Positions 1-8,415 of a DNA stretch of 25,544 bases are shown one piece after another. Location of the stretch: positions 1-25,544 of the IMG/VR virus record IMGVR_UViG_3300020352_000034. One strand, written 5' to 3'. Made by a program: the position numbers and the translations under genes. Source of the DNA: a virus (taxonomy: Duplodnaviria; Caudoviricetes). The first letter of the stretch is position 1; every line of letters begins with the position of its first letter. The notes under the pieces are model-generated. The model searched no databases. It saw only the letters and a list, made by a program, of their open reading frames with translations, and was not told where the DNA came from.

Positions 1-1497
1 GTATGCACGTTTGATAAGACTCTCTAATTCTTTCTTTCGTTTAGGTTCTTTACAAACTTCTTTCTCTTGTTGATATGCAATCATCTTCTTCTTCCACATC
101 TTACGTTCGTCATAGAATGTTTCCATAAGTTCAGGAAGGAATCCTTGTTTATCTCTACTAAACATTACTCCATTAGGTGCAACTGTTCTGTTAGTCTTTT
201 TCAATGAAGATAACTCTGACTCTCCGTCTAACATTTTTTGAATGTCAACGTCCATTCTTGCACCACCTTTAATCATTGTCTCGGGTGAGATATTAAACTG
301 CATAATTAAATGTGGATAAAGTGAGTTCAAGTCAAATGACATAACCCAATCATGTTTACCTACGAGAGGTTCCTTTACATATGCACCAACAATAGAATGG
401 GTTTTAGTCTGTTGTTTAAGTCTTTGTGGTGGTGTTTGAATATTCTGTTTCTTAAGGAAGTTGTATATAATAGTTTCCCAATATTTTACCATTCCAAAGG
501 TATCAGAGTAATTACACTTTGCATCGTAAGCCATGGTCATGGTCAATTCCATAAGTCCAAGTTTCTCCTCTAGTTCTTCTACGAGAACAACGTCCTGTAC
601 ATTATATGCAAGATACTTAGAGTAATCATTCTTATACAATCCATGCAATGAACCATGTTCTGAATAGTCTAACTTTGCAGAACCCAATTCAACATGTGAA
701 ATATGATTTAGTGAATACGATTCTTGATTGACAAAGGTTCTCTGTTTGTACATTGCCATATAATCAATAACATTGATTCCATATAAAGTGTACTGCTGAT
801 TCTTTTGATATCCTTGTGTAGTGTATTCTCTGACATCAGACATGTTCCATGGAGATAATCTTTTGTGTTGGTCTTCTCCAAATAATCTATCAATACGATT
901 ACAGAGATAAGTGATATCAAATGAATCTACATTCCAACCTGTAATGATATCGTAAGAGGCCTTTCTCCAGTGTTTTATAAACTCTTCTAGTAAGTGTGCC
1001 TCGTCTTTACATTCATAGTAAACAACATTACTAGGACACTCGTCCCAACGACCAATACCAAATGTGTGTGAATTGTGTCTAAATGGTTTTACTGTTATTG
1101 CATTTACCTTTTCTTGTGCAAGGGAAGGTTCGGGAAATCCGTTTTCTGATTCACACTCAATGTCAAGTGTTGCAATTTTAACTTTGTTGTAGTCCCATTC
1201 AACTTCTGTTGGCCACTTATCTGCAATATAGGTATAGATATATCGGTCATATCCATGAATCTCAAACCCTTGGGTTCCTGCATACTGTTCTCTAAACTTT
1301 CTTGCACCACCCATTGAGTTGAGTTCAACAACTTCAAGTGGTCTTCCGTCTAATGACCTATGTGCAGTGTCACCTTTCTTTGAAGGTACGAAATGTTTTG
1401 GTCTGTATGAGACCGATAGTTTTTGTTTTTTGTTTCCTTGATACCCAGTGATTAGAATTTTGTCACGGGTTCGGCAGACATTTGTATAGAAATCCAT
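1..1497 (-). CDS. gp43: Family B DNA polymerase, T4 gp43-like (5' part; runs off the window)
   Basis: Not in the ORF track. Translated by hand in pieces from the ATG at 1497 (MDFYTNVCRTRDKILITGY...): ExoI motif LDIECESENGFP, PolB motif WVMSFDLNSLYPHLIMQFNISPET, then NGVMF..KQGFLPELM..YDERK; same frame continues to base 1. Confidence 0.96.
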   Translation of the reverse strand, partial: MDFYTNVCRTRDKILITGYQGNKKQKLSVSYRPKHFVPSKKGDTAHRSLDGRPLEVVELNSMGGARKFREQYAGTQGFEIHGYDRYIYTYIADKWPTEVEWDYNKVKIATLDIECESENGFPEPSLAQEKVNAITVKPFRHNSHTFGIGRWDECPSNVVYYECKDEAHLLEEFIKHWRKASYDIITGWNVDSFDITYLCNRIDRLFGEDQHKRLSPWNMSDVREYTTQGYQKNQQYTLYGINVIDYMAMYKQRTFVNQESYSLNHISHVELGSAKLDYSEHGSLHGLYKNDYSKYLAYNVQDVVLVEELEEKLGLMELTMTMAYDAKCNYSDTFGMVKYWETIIYNFLKKQNIQTPPQRLKQQTKTHSIVGAYVKEPLVGKHDWVMSFDLNSLYPHLIMQFNISPETMIKGGARMDVDIQKMLDGESELSSLKKTNRTVAPNGVMFSRDKQGFLPELMETFYDERKMWKKKMIAYQQEKEVCKEPKRKKELESLIKRAY

Positions 1498-1503
1498 GTA
1501 GTA

Positions 1504-1532
1504 ATTATACTACAATTGGACTATTCTGTCAA
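1504..1532 (-). promoter_or_regulatory. Consensus sigma70 promoter for gp43
   Basis: TTGACA (1532-1527), 17 nt spacer, TATAAT (1509-1504); 6 nt before the gp43 ATG. Confidence 0.85.
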
Positions 1533-1757
1533 TGTGGTTTTACCGTCATTTTGGATACCTAATATGTCACCAACTGCGTCATATTTTTCTTTTGCGTTTG
1601 CGTATCTTTCGATTTGAGTATCTAGTGCTTCTGCGACATCGGGGTGTTCACCAATACCTACAGGATTATTTTGATAAACATGAATGTTCGCCATTGCGAT
1701 ATCCATTTCACCTTGGTATTGACTCATTAGTGCTTTTAATAGTGTTTCTCTTCCCAT
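1521..1757 (-). CDS. Hypothetical protein of T4-like marine phage type
   Basis: 78 aa, NPVGIGEHPD motif recalled from marine myophage hypotheticals; coupled to the upstream ORF (TAATG overlap). Confidence 0.75.
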   Translation of the reverse strand: MGRETLLKALMSQYQGEMDIAMANIHVYQNNPVGIGEHPDVAEALDTQIERYANAKEKYDAVGDILGIQNDGKTTLTE

Positions 1758-2041
1758 TACTTATTACCTGTATTTTTCTTATAGTTAATTTCTAAGTTGG
1801 GTCTTACTTTGAAAACCGTTATGATTGAACTCTTACTAACTTCAAAGTTATATTCCATTGCAAATGGTAGCCATGGTGCAAGTTCTACTTCCATTTTACC
1901 GTCAATGATTTGAACTAAACACTCTTGTGCTTCTTCTATGAGAAGTTTACCACCTAACTTTTTTTCAGTACAGAACCCTAATATGATTTCTCCACCGATT
2001 AGTTTGACTGCACGGATTTCTTTATTTAACATTTCTAACAA
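1757..2041 (-). CDS. Hypothetical protein, possible Sm-like beta fold
   Basis: 94 aa; VKLIGGEIILG...LAPWLPF pattern typical of small T4-like phage proteins; tight gene packing. Confidence 0.7.
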   Translation of the reverse strand: MLEMLNKEIRAVKLIGGEIILGFCTEKKLGGKLLIEEAQECLVQIIDGKMEVELAPWLPFAMEYNFEVSKSSIITVFKVRPNLEINYKKNTGNK

Positions 2042-2480
2042 GTTCCTGTAGTTCTACTGAACGTCTTCCAACCTGTTTGAACCATCTTGAATCTTCCATT
2101 TCTACTGCAACCTTTTCCCAGTCACATGATACAACACCTTTCCACATGTTGTTGAACTTACCAAAACGACTTCCACCTAAGTTGAATGTCATGTTGACTA
2201 GAACGTGTTGAATGTCTTCGGGTAGTGCATAGAAATCTTCTCCACCTTTTGACTCAAATACATGGATACATTCTTCAACGTGTTTGTCAAAGTCTGACTC
2301 ATAGTATGCATCTACCACTTCTTGACTGACTGGTGTTCCTGCAGGTTGTCCGTGTTCTGCATCACCTTCTTTAATTAGATGTCCAACACCGAGTGTTAAA
2401 TATCCTAGTGAATCTTCGTACACTTCAAGGACTTCTCCCTCGTGTCTCTTAATCTGTTCCTTTAATATCTCTCTGTTCAT
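2022..2480 (-). CDS. Phage lysozyme (GH24, T4 e-like endolysin)
   Basis: Catalytic pattern HEG-x7-D-x5-T-x-G-x-GH (HEGEVLEVYEDSLGYLTLGVGH); NMTFNLG and DSRWFKQVGRR motifs; start taken at MNREILK. Confidence 0.9.
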   Translation of the reverse strand: MNREILKEQIKRHEGEVLEVYEDSLGYLTLGVGHLIKEGDAEHGQPAGTPVSQEVVDAYYESDFDKHVEECIHVFESKGGEDFYALPEDIQHVLVNMTFNLGGSRFGKFNNMWKGVVSCDWEKVAVEMEDSRWFKQVGRRSVELQELVRNVK

Positions 2481-2751
2481 TCTCTTTTTTCCTTTGTTCA
2501 TCTATGAGTTCAACTAATATATCACCCATAACATCTTGTAAATCTTCGTTATTATTTAGTTCTTCAACACTCCCACCTTTCTCGGGAAGTCTCCTAATCG
2601 TTCTCTGAAAGTTTAAATGATTCTTACCCTCAACAAACTGAACCTTTCCGTATTGGTATACCAATCCTTTATATTCACCCTCTAAGATTTCAATCCCTGC
2701 ATCATCTTCATTAGGGTTCTCTACAACTCTATATAAACTACCGAACAGCAT
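2449..2751 (-). CDS. Hypothetical phage protein
   Basis: 100 aa ORF in the operon, overlapping both neighbours. Confidence 0.7.
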   Translation of the reverse strand: MLFGSLYRVVENPNEDDAGIEILEGEYKGLVYQYGKVQFVEGKNHLNFQRTIRRLPEKGGSVEELNNNEDLQDVMGDILVELIDEQRKKENEQRDIKGTD

Positions 2752-3175
2752 GTTTCCAAACCTTTCCTTTCATTTCACCATTAGACCAGTTTATGTATCC
2801 AACATTTTCCATTCCAATTCTTTTATAGAACTTATTTGCAGGAATGTTGTCTGCACGAACTGTAAGATACACATTAGTATCTACATAGTCAAAGAATCTT
2901 TTTATAACTTTCTCTGCACTTCCATTACCAATTTTTGAATTTACTATTTGATGTAAAATATGACAGCCACCTTCTACTTTTACATCAGTGTCAAATCCTA
3001 TTTTTCTATTTGATTTATTTTTATGATATGTGATAAGAACACCGTCTTCTAGAATCATTTGACTTCTAGATATTCTTACCCTACAATGTGATTTTCTTAC
3101 ATGAGGAAACCACTCTTTTGCACCTTGAAATATATCCCAAATGGTATCGAAATCTGATTCTTGTACTTTATACAT
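2738..3175 (-). CDS. GNAT-family N-acetyltransferase
   Basis: Acetyl-CoA loop LHQIV..IGNGSA; C-terminal YLTVRADNIPANKFYKRIGM matches the GNAT N-x-x-A-x-x-FY-x-x-x-G motif. Confidence 0.8.
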   Translation of the reverse strand: MYKVQESDFDTIWDIFQGAKEWFPHVRKSHCRVRISRSQMILEDGVLITYHKNKSNRKIGFDTDVKVEGGCHILHQIVNSKIGNGSAEKVIKRFFDYVDTNVYLTVRADNIPANKFYKRIGMENVGYINWSNGEMKGKVWKHAVR

Positions 3176-3731
3176 TTATGTTTTCATTATTATATACATC
3201 AATAACTAAGTGTACTCTATCTATATCAGAGTTATTTTCTACTGCATGTGGTCTTGAAACATCTAACCACCAACATTCACCTTCTGACATCTTAAAGTCG
3301 ACCAATCCTTCAGTCAACCATGTCTTCATAGTTATATCTTCATTTGTAATTATGGGTATGTGTAGTCTTACCACCTTACCACTTTTAATATCCTTATCCA
3401 CTTTATCAGTGTGTTTAGATATCTTAGTTCCTGCTTTTAACTTCATGAGTCTGACCCTTTCAGTATCTGCAGGAATATGTTCTAATATCTTACCTATATT
3501 TAGTAGGTCATATAAGGGTGTAGTTTGTAATTCGTCTACGCCTGTTGTCCCTAATACACCACCTTTTCCTATTTGGTTTGGGTCACTACTATATCCTTTG
3601 AGAGATATTGCAGTCCATTGTCCTTGTTTATTAAACTTGGTCACTACTGGTGCAAAGTCTGTATTGTTTTCACACCAATCTTTTATAGGATTTGTAAGTT
3701 GAGTGGATAAATGGATATCTAACTTTTTCAA
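3168..3731 (-). CDS. Aspartyl/asparaginyl beta-hydroxylase-like 2OG-Fe(II) dioxygenase
   Basis: RVRLMKL..GTKISKHTD (HxD), RLHIPI, PHAVENNSDIDRVHLVID (distal His and Arg). Confidence 0.85.
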   Translation of the reverse strand: MKKLDIHLSTQLTNPIKDWCENNTDFAPVVTKFNKQGQWTAISLKGYSSDPNQIGKGGVLGTTGVDELQTTPLYDLLNIGKILEHIPADTERVRLMKLKAGTKISKHTDKVDKDIKSGKVVRLHIPIITNEDITMKTWLTEGLVDFKMSEGECWWLDVSRPHAVENNSDIDRVHLVIDVYNNENINV

Positions 3732-5098
3732 AAGAAACTCTCAAGTGTACTTACCTTTACACTCTCGAATAAATCTATTGAAGTGTCTTTACTAAAACAC
3801 CAAACATTTTCCATGTAAAGTTTGTTCATAAATTCGTCCATGGCCTCTTTATCAAAGTTTCCATCTTCGTCTTTGAATACTGCCTTACCTTGTGGTCTTT
3901 GCATGATTCTCATACCCAATTGACCTAAGAAATTATTTCTTAACATATCACAAAGTTCGTCTCCCGACCTGTATCTAGTTCCATGTATCTTAGGGTCTAG
4001 TATGTTAACTAACACTACACCTTTATCACTAAGTGCATCGAATGATTTTTGCGATACTGGTAAATAGAAATCATCTCTCCATTGGTCATACTCATTAAAC
4101 TTTGACCATGATTGGTCTTCTGAATGTTCTCCACCTTCATTATATCGTTCTGTTGAAAAGTATGGGGGTGAAGTAAATGAGCAATCTATAGGTGGTAATT
4201 TATCATATGGTAAATCTTCTGCACCACATCTATATATCTCAACTTTTTTTGAACCTATGCAAGAAAAGTAATCGTCTTGTTCTAATACATTGGGGGTTTT
4301 TCCTGTAAGAATCTTTTCATATTCTATACATTGTTTTTTATATCTTTCAAATGTGTTTGGGTTCGGGTCACAACCAACATAATGATTTGCATTAGATGTA
4401 TAAAAACCACATAGTCTATCTCCCCAACCACATGAAGTATCTAAAACTGTATTTGCATTAGTCATTGAATAGATTGTTCTTGCAACATTGGGTTTGAATT
4501 GAGTTGCAATATAGGTTCCTAATCTGAATGCAGAGATATAACTTTTTTCATTAAGTTGTCCACCTCTTAGTTCTTCTTTGCCTTCTATCTCTACTTTCTT
4601 TACACCATTGATTCCTCTCCACATAGGCCCGAAACAACTCCATATTTGTTTTGCAGTTCCTTCAGTCCAAACTTCTACTGGTGATTTAAAACCATAACTT
4701 CCACATGCAAGTCTTAAGTCTTGGTGAAAGTAATTAGATGCATCATTATATACAGAAGGTGCATCTATAAAACCTAATCCGTATTCTTGAAAATTGTATT
4801 TGTAATCGTCATATTTTTCTAACACTTCTTTCTGCAAGTCTTTCTTTGCAGTCATACTTTTATATGGGTCTGAATCCCTAAGTGCGAGAAATGTTTTTCT
4901 CATTTTTTCTTTTGATATATCTTTAAATGGGAATGGAGGTCTTTCAGTTGCAATGTATTCTGATAAGACTTCACGAAAATGTTCTTTGCCATATTCGTTA
5001 GTAATAGACTCAAAAGTAGGATTATCCATTATAGGCAATCCTACTTCATTTGAGTGTTCTTTAAGAACCGAATAGAGTTTAGATGTTTGCGAGGACAT
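3728..5098 (-). CDS. Amino (N4-C or N6-A) DNA methyltransferase-like protein
   Basis: SAM-binding motif VLDTSCGWGDRL followed by catalytic FTSPPYF; start at 5098 or 5119. Confidence 0.8.
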   Translation of the reverse strand: MSSQTSKLYSVLKEHSNEVGLPIMDNPTFESITNEYGKEHFREVLSEYIATERPPFPFKDISKEKMRKTFLALRDSDPYKSMTAKKDLQKEVLEKYDDYKYNFQEYGLGFIDAPSVYNDASNYFHQDLRLACGSYGFKSPVEVWTEGTAKQIWSCFGPMWRGINGVKKVEIEGKEELRGGQLNEKSYISAFRLGTYIATQFKPNVARTIYSMTNANTVLDTSCGWGDRLCGFYTSNANHYVGCDPNPNTFERYKKQCIEYEKILTGKTPNVLEQDDYFSCIGSKKVEIYRCGAEDLPYDKLPPIDCSFTSPPYFSTERYNEGGEHSEDQSWSKFNEYDQWRDDFYLPVSQKSFDALSDKGVVLVNILDPKIHGTRYRSGDELCDMLRNNFLGQLGMRIMQRPQGKAVFKDEDGNFDKEAMDEFMNKLYMENVWCFSKDTSIDLFESVKVSTLESFF

Positions 5099-5576
5099 TT
5101 TCTGGCGTTGATACTTCATAAGGGTCTGAATCTATATTATCAGATTGTCCTTCTTCTGTAAAGACCTTTTCAACAACATTATCGTTTACAACGATTGCAT
5201 ATCTCCAAGACCTTATTCCAAATCCTAAATTTGCCTTTGCTACTGAAGCACCAAGTAATTCAGTAAACTCACCATTACCATCAGGCAACGGATAAACATT
5301 CTGAATATTTTGGGATTCAAACCATGCATTCATTACGAATGTATCATTTACTGATAAACAGTAAACTTGTTCTACACCTTTCTCATTAAACTCTGAAAAT
5401 TTCTCGTCAAAGCCAGGTAATTGGTAAGTTGAACATGTTGGTGTGAATGCTCCAGGCAGTGCAAATATCACTACTCTTTTCCCTGCGAATTGTTCAGTTG
5501 TGTTTAATGTTTTAAACTCCCCTTCAACTCTCACTGGTAAGTTAACACTCGGAAGTGTATCTCCTACATTTATCAT
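5079..5576 (-). CDS. Peroxiredoxin (Prx5/redoxin family)
   Basis: FALPGAFTPTCS active site, SVNDTFVMNAW, RSWRYA; AAGGAG RBS before the ATG at 5576. Confidence 0.93.
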   Translation of the reverse strand: MINVGDTLPSVNLPVRVEGEFKTLNTTEQFAGKRVVIFALPGAFTPTCSTYQLPGFDEKFSEFNEKGVEQVYCLSVNDTFVMNAWFESQNIQNVYPLPDGNGEFTELLGASVAKANLGFGIRSWRYAIVVNDNVVEKVFTEEGQSDNIDSDPYEVSTPENVLANI

Positions 5577-5595
5577 AATAATCTCCTTTATATAA

Positions 5596-5630
5596 AGATA
5601 CACCCATTATAACTCATAACAGGTGTATCT
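5596..5630 (-). other. 15-bp hairpin between hsp20 and prx (weak terminator or regulatory element) containing TATAAT
   Basis: AGATACACCTGTTAT-gagtt-ATAATGGGTGTATCT pairs fully with two G-U pairs; only a short T tail follows. Confidence 0.5.
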
Positions 5631-5643
5631 GTAAGGGGTTTTT

Positions 5644-6057
5644 TTAAGAAATTTTGATTTCTTGAGGTTTGTCTTCCTCAGGCACAATTCTCTCTAAACT
5701 AACAATCAAAATACCATTCTTCATATCTGCACCCTTAACGATTATATCGTCTGCAAGTGTGAATGACCTTTTGAATGAACGAGAAGCAAGTCCTTGGTGG
5801 ACATACTCTTTTGATTCAGTATCTTGTTCTCCCTCGATAATTAGTTTCTCTTTCTCTTTAGAGATAGAAACCTCTTTCTTATCGAACCCAGCCACTGCCA
5901 TTTCAATTTGGAAATTTTCCTCATCGATTTTTACAATGTTGTAAGGTGGATAGTTTGAACTAGAATGTGTATCTGCACGTTCTAATAGTTGTAGAGTTCT
6001 GTCGAACCCGATTGCGAATGGGAATGATTTCCCGAAGACATCATCATAGATAGTCAT
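5644..6057 (-). CDS. hsp20: Small heat shock protein Hsp20 (IbpA-like)
   Basis: IGFDR, NYPPYNIVK, IEMAVAGF, YVHQGLASRSFKRSFTLAD, ADMKNGILIVSLERIVPEE; AAGGAG RBS. Confidence 0.95.
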   Translation of the reverse strand: MTIYDDVFGKSFPFAIGFDRTLQLLERADTHSSSNYPPYNIVKIDEENFQIEMAVAGFDKKEVSISKEKEKLIIEGEQDTESKEYVHQGLASRSFKRSFTLADDIIVKGADMKNGILIVSLERIVPEEDKPQEIKIS

Positions 6058-6063
6058 AGTTTT

Positions 6064-6116
6064 CTCCTTTATTAAGCAAGTTTATATTATTACCTAACCC
6101 CTATTGGGCATTAGGT
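6064..6116 (-). promoter_or_regulatory. ROSE-like RNA thermometer in the hsp20 5' UTR
   Basis: CUUGCUU-AAUA-AAGGAG: the U(U/C)GCU motif pairs with the SD leaving a bulged G; preceded by hairpin ACCUAA..CCC-AAUA-GGG..UUAGGU. Confidence 0.6.
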
Positions 6117-6211
6117 GTAGAGAACCGAGCTCTTTTGAAGAAATGGGGTCACTAGATGTCGGCGTTGCCCAATCCTAGTTCCAAATCCGAGCTCTTTTGA
6201 AGTTCTCGTAC
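6117..6211 (-). ncRNA. Putative structured RNA with two identical 16-nt boxes (two-fold symmetric rod)
   Basis: Direct repeat CCGAGCTCTTTTGAAG at 6125-6140 and 6187-6202; closing stem GAGAAC/GTTCTC; inner stem ACTAG/CTAGT; starts ~6 nt after a TATAAATA box. Confidence 0.6.
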
Positions 6212-6216
6212 AATGG

Positions 6217-6224
6217 TATTTATA
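6217..6224 (-). promoter_or_regulatory. T4 gp55-type late promoter
   Basis: Exact TATAAATA on the minus strand in intergenic DNA. Confidence 0.65.
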
Positions 6225-6237
6225 ACACCATACTACT

Positions 6238-6269
6238 ATTATAAGGACTTTTTCTGAAATTTCAAGGGG
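6238..6269 (-). promoter_or_regulatory. Host-type promoter upstream of hsp20 (sigma32-like -35; could also be sigma70)
   Basis: CCCCTTGAAA-N13-CCTTATAAT; also readable as TTGAAA-N16-TATAAT. Confidence 0.5.
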
Positions 6270-6272
6270 TTT

Positions 6273-6866
6273 TTATCTTTTTTTGCAATATTTTTTTGCA
6301 TCACCTATTTGGTCAATGTTATTTGCAACTACTATGGACATAAGAAAGTTCATTTCGTTAAAGACTTCTACAGTTAAATTACCTTCTCTCCTATCCATTT
6401 CTAGAGCAGGAGTAAGAATTGCAGTCTTAACAAAGAACATTCTACCTACTGAGGGGGACTCTCCTACAATCGGATTTAGTTCTTTTACACAATCGTATTG
6501 AAGTCCACGATATGTAGAATAGATATCTAACAATTGTAGAGTGTAGAATGTAGTCCACTGAAGCCTACTAGGTTCTTCAGATAGTGTAAACCACGACTGG
6601 TTCTGTCTTTCCTTTAACTGTGATTGAATCAACTTTTGTGAATGTTCGGTTTGGACACTGGAGATAAGTTTGGTGTCCCAACAACACGTCAACCCCATCA
6701 TAATTTCTTGTTTGTCCTTCGAGTCTAGCACCAAGGTTGACGGCATCTCCAATGACGGAATAGTCAAATCTAAGTTCTGACCCCATGTTTCCAACGATAC
6801 ACTCACCAGTATTAATCCCAATACCCACGTTAATGGGTGGAAGACCGAGTGGTTTAAGTTCTTCAT
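6273..6866 (-). CDS. Hypothetical membrane or exported protein (DUF5658-like C-terminal half); start uncertain
   Basis: LQLLDIYSTYRGL...ELNPIVG motif; the 5' ~290 nt overlap the cyclase gene in another frame. Confidence 0.6.
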   Translation of the reverse strand: MKNLNHSVFHPLTWVLGLILVSVSLETWGQNLDLTIPSLEMPSTLVLDSKDKQEIMMGLTCCWDTKLISSVQTEHSQKLIQSQLKERQNQSWFTLSEEPSRLQWTTFYTLQLLDIYSTYRGLQYDCVKELNPIVGESPSVGRMFFVKTAILTPALEMDRREGNLTVEVFNEMNFLMSIVVANNIDQIGDAKKYCKKR

Positions 6867-8415
6867 TGAGTTCCTTGGTTGCGATTAATATTTCTTCTGC
6901 AGACTTGACTGCCATCTCGGCGTGGTCGGGACAATCTAAGGGTGCATTCCAAAAACTCATAATACAATCACCCATGTATTTGTCGATTGTTCCATTATTA
7001 TTTAGTATTATCTTTGTTTGCATGTCAAGAAATTTGTTGATAAGTTCTACTAATCCTTCGGGGTCATCTTGTTTCATGTAGTGTTCTGATATGGGGGTGA
7101 ATCCACATATGTCCATAAACATGAATGTAAGTTCCTTTCTATCTCCACCTAGTTTAAGTAAATCGGGATTCTCTGCAAGTTGGTCAACCATGTCGGGAGA
7201 TAAATACTTTTGGAACTGCTTCTTAATTTCTTCTTTGAGTTTGTAGGTTGTATAGTATTGATTGAAAGAGGCATGACCAAAAACAATTAAGGAGGCAATT
7301 GATGAAAAGAAGGTATCGAAAAGAACGAGACTTGAAGTCCAAATATAATAACTCCCACCCACCTGAAGTCCTACAAGTGTTAGACTCATTATCCCCGAAA
7401 GAATTGTGGGAAGCTTGTAAACCATCAGAAGTATCAATACTAGAACTATCGAAAGAAGAACAATCTCAAGTAATTCAAGATAGTAGGATTGTTGTATTTG
7501 AACTCCTGACAAGACGGTTTGGATATGGTTCGCTTGTACTTCGTGAGGATACAATACACCCACTGGAGTTGAAACTGGATTATTCAATCCCTCTGCAGTC
7601 AAACCCCATATCAGAATTTTATTAGTAAGATTTAGATTAGGTAGGTCTACTGCAGAAACCCGTTGGAACTCATTCCAATAGGTCACCATAACATCACTCG
7701 TTGCAGTGGTGGTGATTGGTTTGTCTCTACCCATTCTTACCCACTCTACTCCGACTTCTGTAATTTTAGTTTGGTATGAAGGTTGGTCTTTTAATGCACG
7801 AAGTGTTTCTAGTGCAAGAGACGGATATACCTGTTCGTTTGCAGTGACGATTAAAGGGATAGACCTAGTTGTCCCATCAAAGTTTGATGTTCCACTAACA
7901 CTAGGTGTTGCAACAGTGACCCCAACTCCGTAAGTATTGTCCTGAAGTATCCTGATAGGACTTGAAATTCCTGAGAAGTTCCATAGATGGTCTGTTGCCT
8001 TTCCACCCCCAAATGTAGAGTTTCCTACGAAGGGTGCAGAACCAGTGTCTTTTTGAATGGTAGGTGCAGAGGATAAAATTGTTAATCTGTTGATTAATCC
8101 TTCTGCAAAGATTTCGTCTTCTCCTGAATTTCTATCAGGTTGATTGAAGAGTTGAGTGAAAACATGTGTGTTAGTGTAATGAGTGTCAAGCAGGATATCC
8201 CTATAGATACTACGTTTGATAGGATACTGTCCAAACACTTCAAGTGACTTCTCGTCTATGTCTACTAAGACAATGTCATCTACCTGAACTATTTCCTGAC
8301 TCTGATGAAGAACATCAAAGTATGACCACTTGATATTTTCTACAAGATATGGAGACCAAATTTTAAGTCCTACAAATACACCGATTGTGATGAGGACTGT
8401 TTTCCAACTATACAC
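6577..8415 (-). CDS. CHASE2-domain class III adenylate cyclase
   Basis: N-terminal TM, CHASE2 (IVLVDIDEKSL..FGQYP..RS), three TM helices, catalytic domain with FMDICGFT, DKYMGDCIM and RFDYSVIGDAVNLGARLEG (both metal Asp; Lys/Asp adenine specificity; Asn/Arg). Confidence 0.93.
   Translation of the reverse strand: MYSWKTVLITIGVFVGLKIWSPYLVENIKWSYFDVLHQSQEIVQVDDIVLVDIDEKSLEVFGQYPIKRSIYRDILLDTHYTNTHVFTQLFNQPDRNSGEDEIFAEGLINRLTILSSAPTIQKDTGSAPFVGNSTFGGGKATDHLWNFSGISSPIRILQDNTYGVGVTVATPSVSGTSNFDGTTRSIPLIVTANEQVYPSLALETLRALKDQPSYQTKITEVGVEWVRMGRDKPITTTATSDVMVTYWNEFQRVSAVDLPNLNLTNKILIWGLTAEGLNNPVSTPVGVLYPHEVQANHIQTVLSGVQIQQSYYLELLEIVLLSIVLVLILLMVYKLPTILSGIMSLTLVGLQVGGSYYIWTSSLVLFDTFFSSIASLIVFGHASFNQYYTTYKLKEEIKKQFQKYLSPDMVDQLAENPDLLKLGGDRKELTFMFMDICGFTPISEHYMKQDDPEGLVELINKFLDMQTKIILNNNGTIDKYMGDCIMSFWNAPLDCPDHAEMAVKSAEEILIATKELNEELKPLGLPPINVGIGINTGECIVGNMGSELRFDYSVIGDAVNLGARLEGQTRNYDGVDVLLGHQTYLQCPNRTFTKVDSITVKGKTEPVVVYTI

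Noticed and set aside
708-1337. Minus-strand ORFs 708-920 and 1104-1337 as separate genes or a split polymerase
   Set aside because: They are alternate frames inside gp43. The ATG at 1497 and the polymerase motifs share one frame, and motif spacing shows no sign of an intron or intein
6125-6202. 16-bp direct repeat as a mini CRISPR array
   Set aside because: Only two short copies and no cas genes; the pairing pattern is better explained as a single RNA structure
6577-8415. Cyclase as a Pycsar/CBASS-like defence enzyme or a guanylate cyclase
   Set aside because: It has CHASE2 plus TM sensor architecture and Lys/Asp adenine-specifying residues, and no cognate effector gene is recognisable next to it
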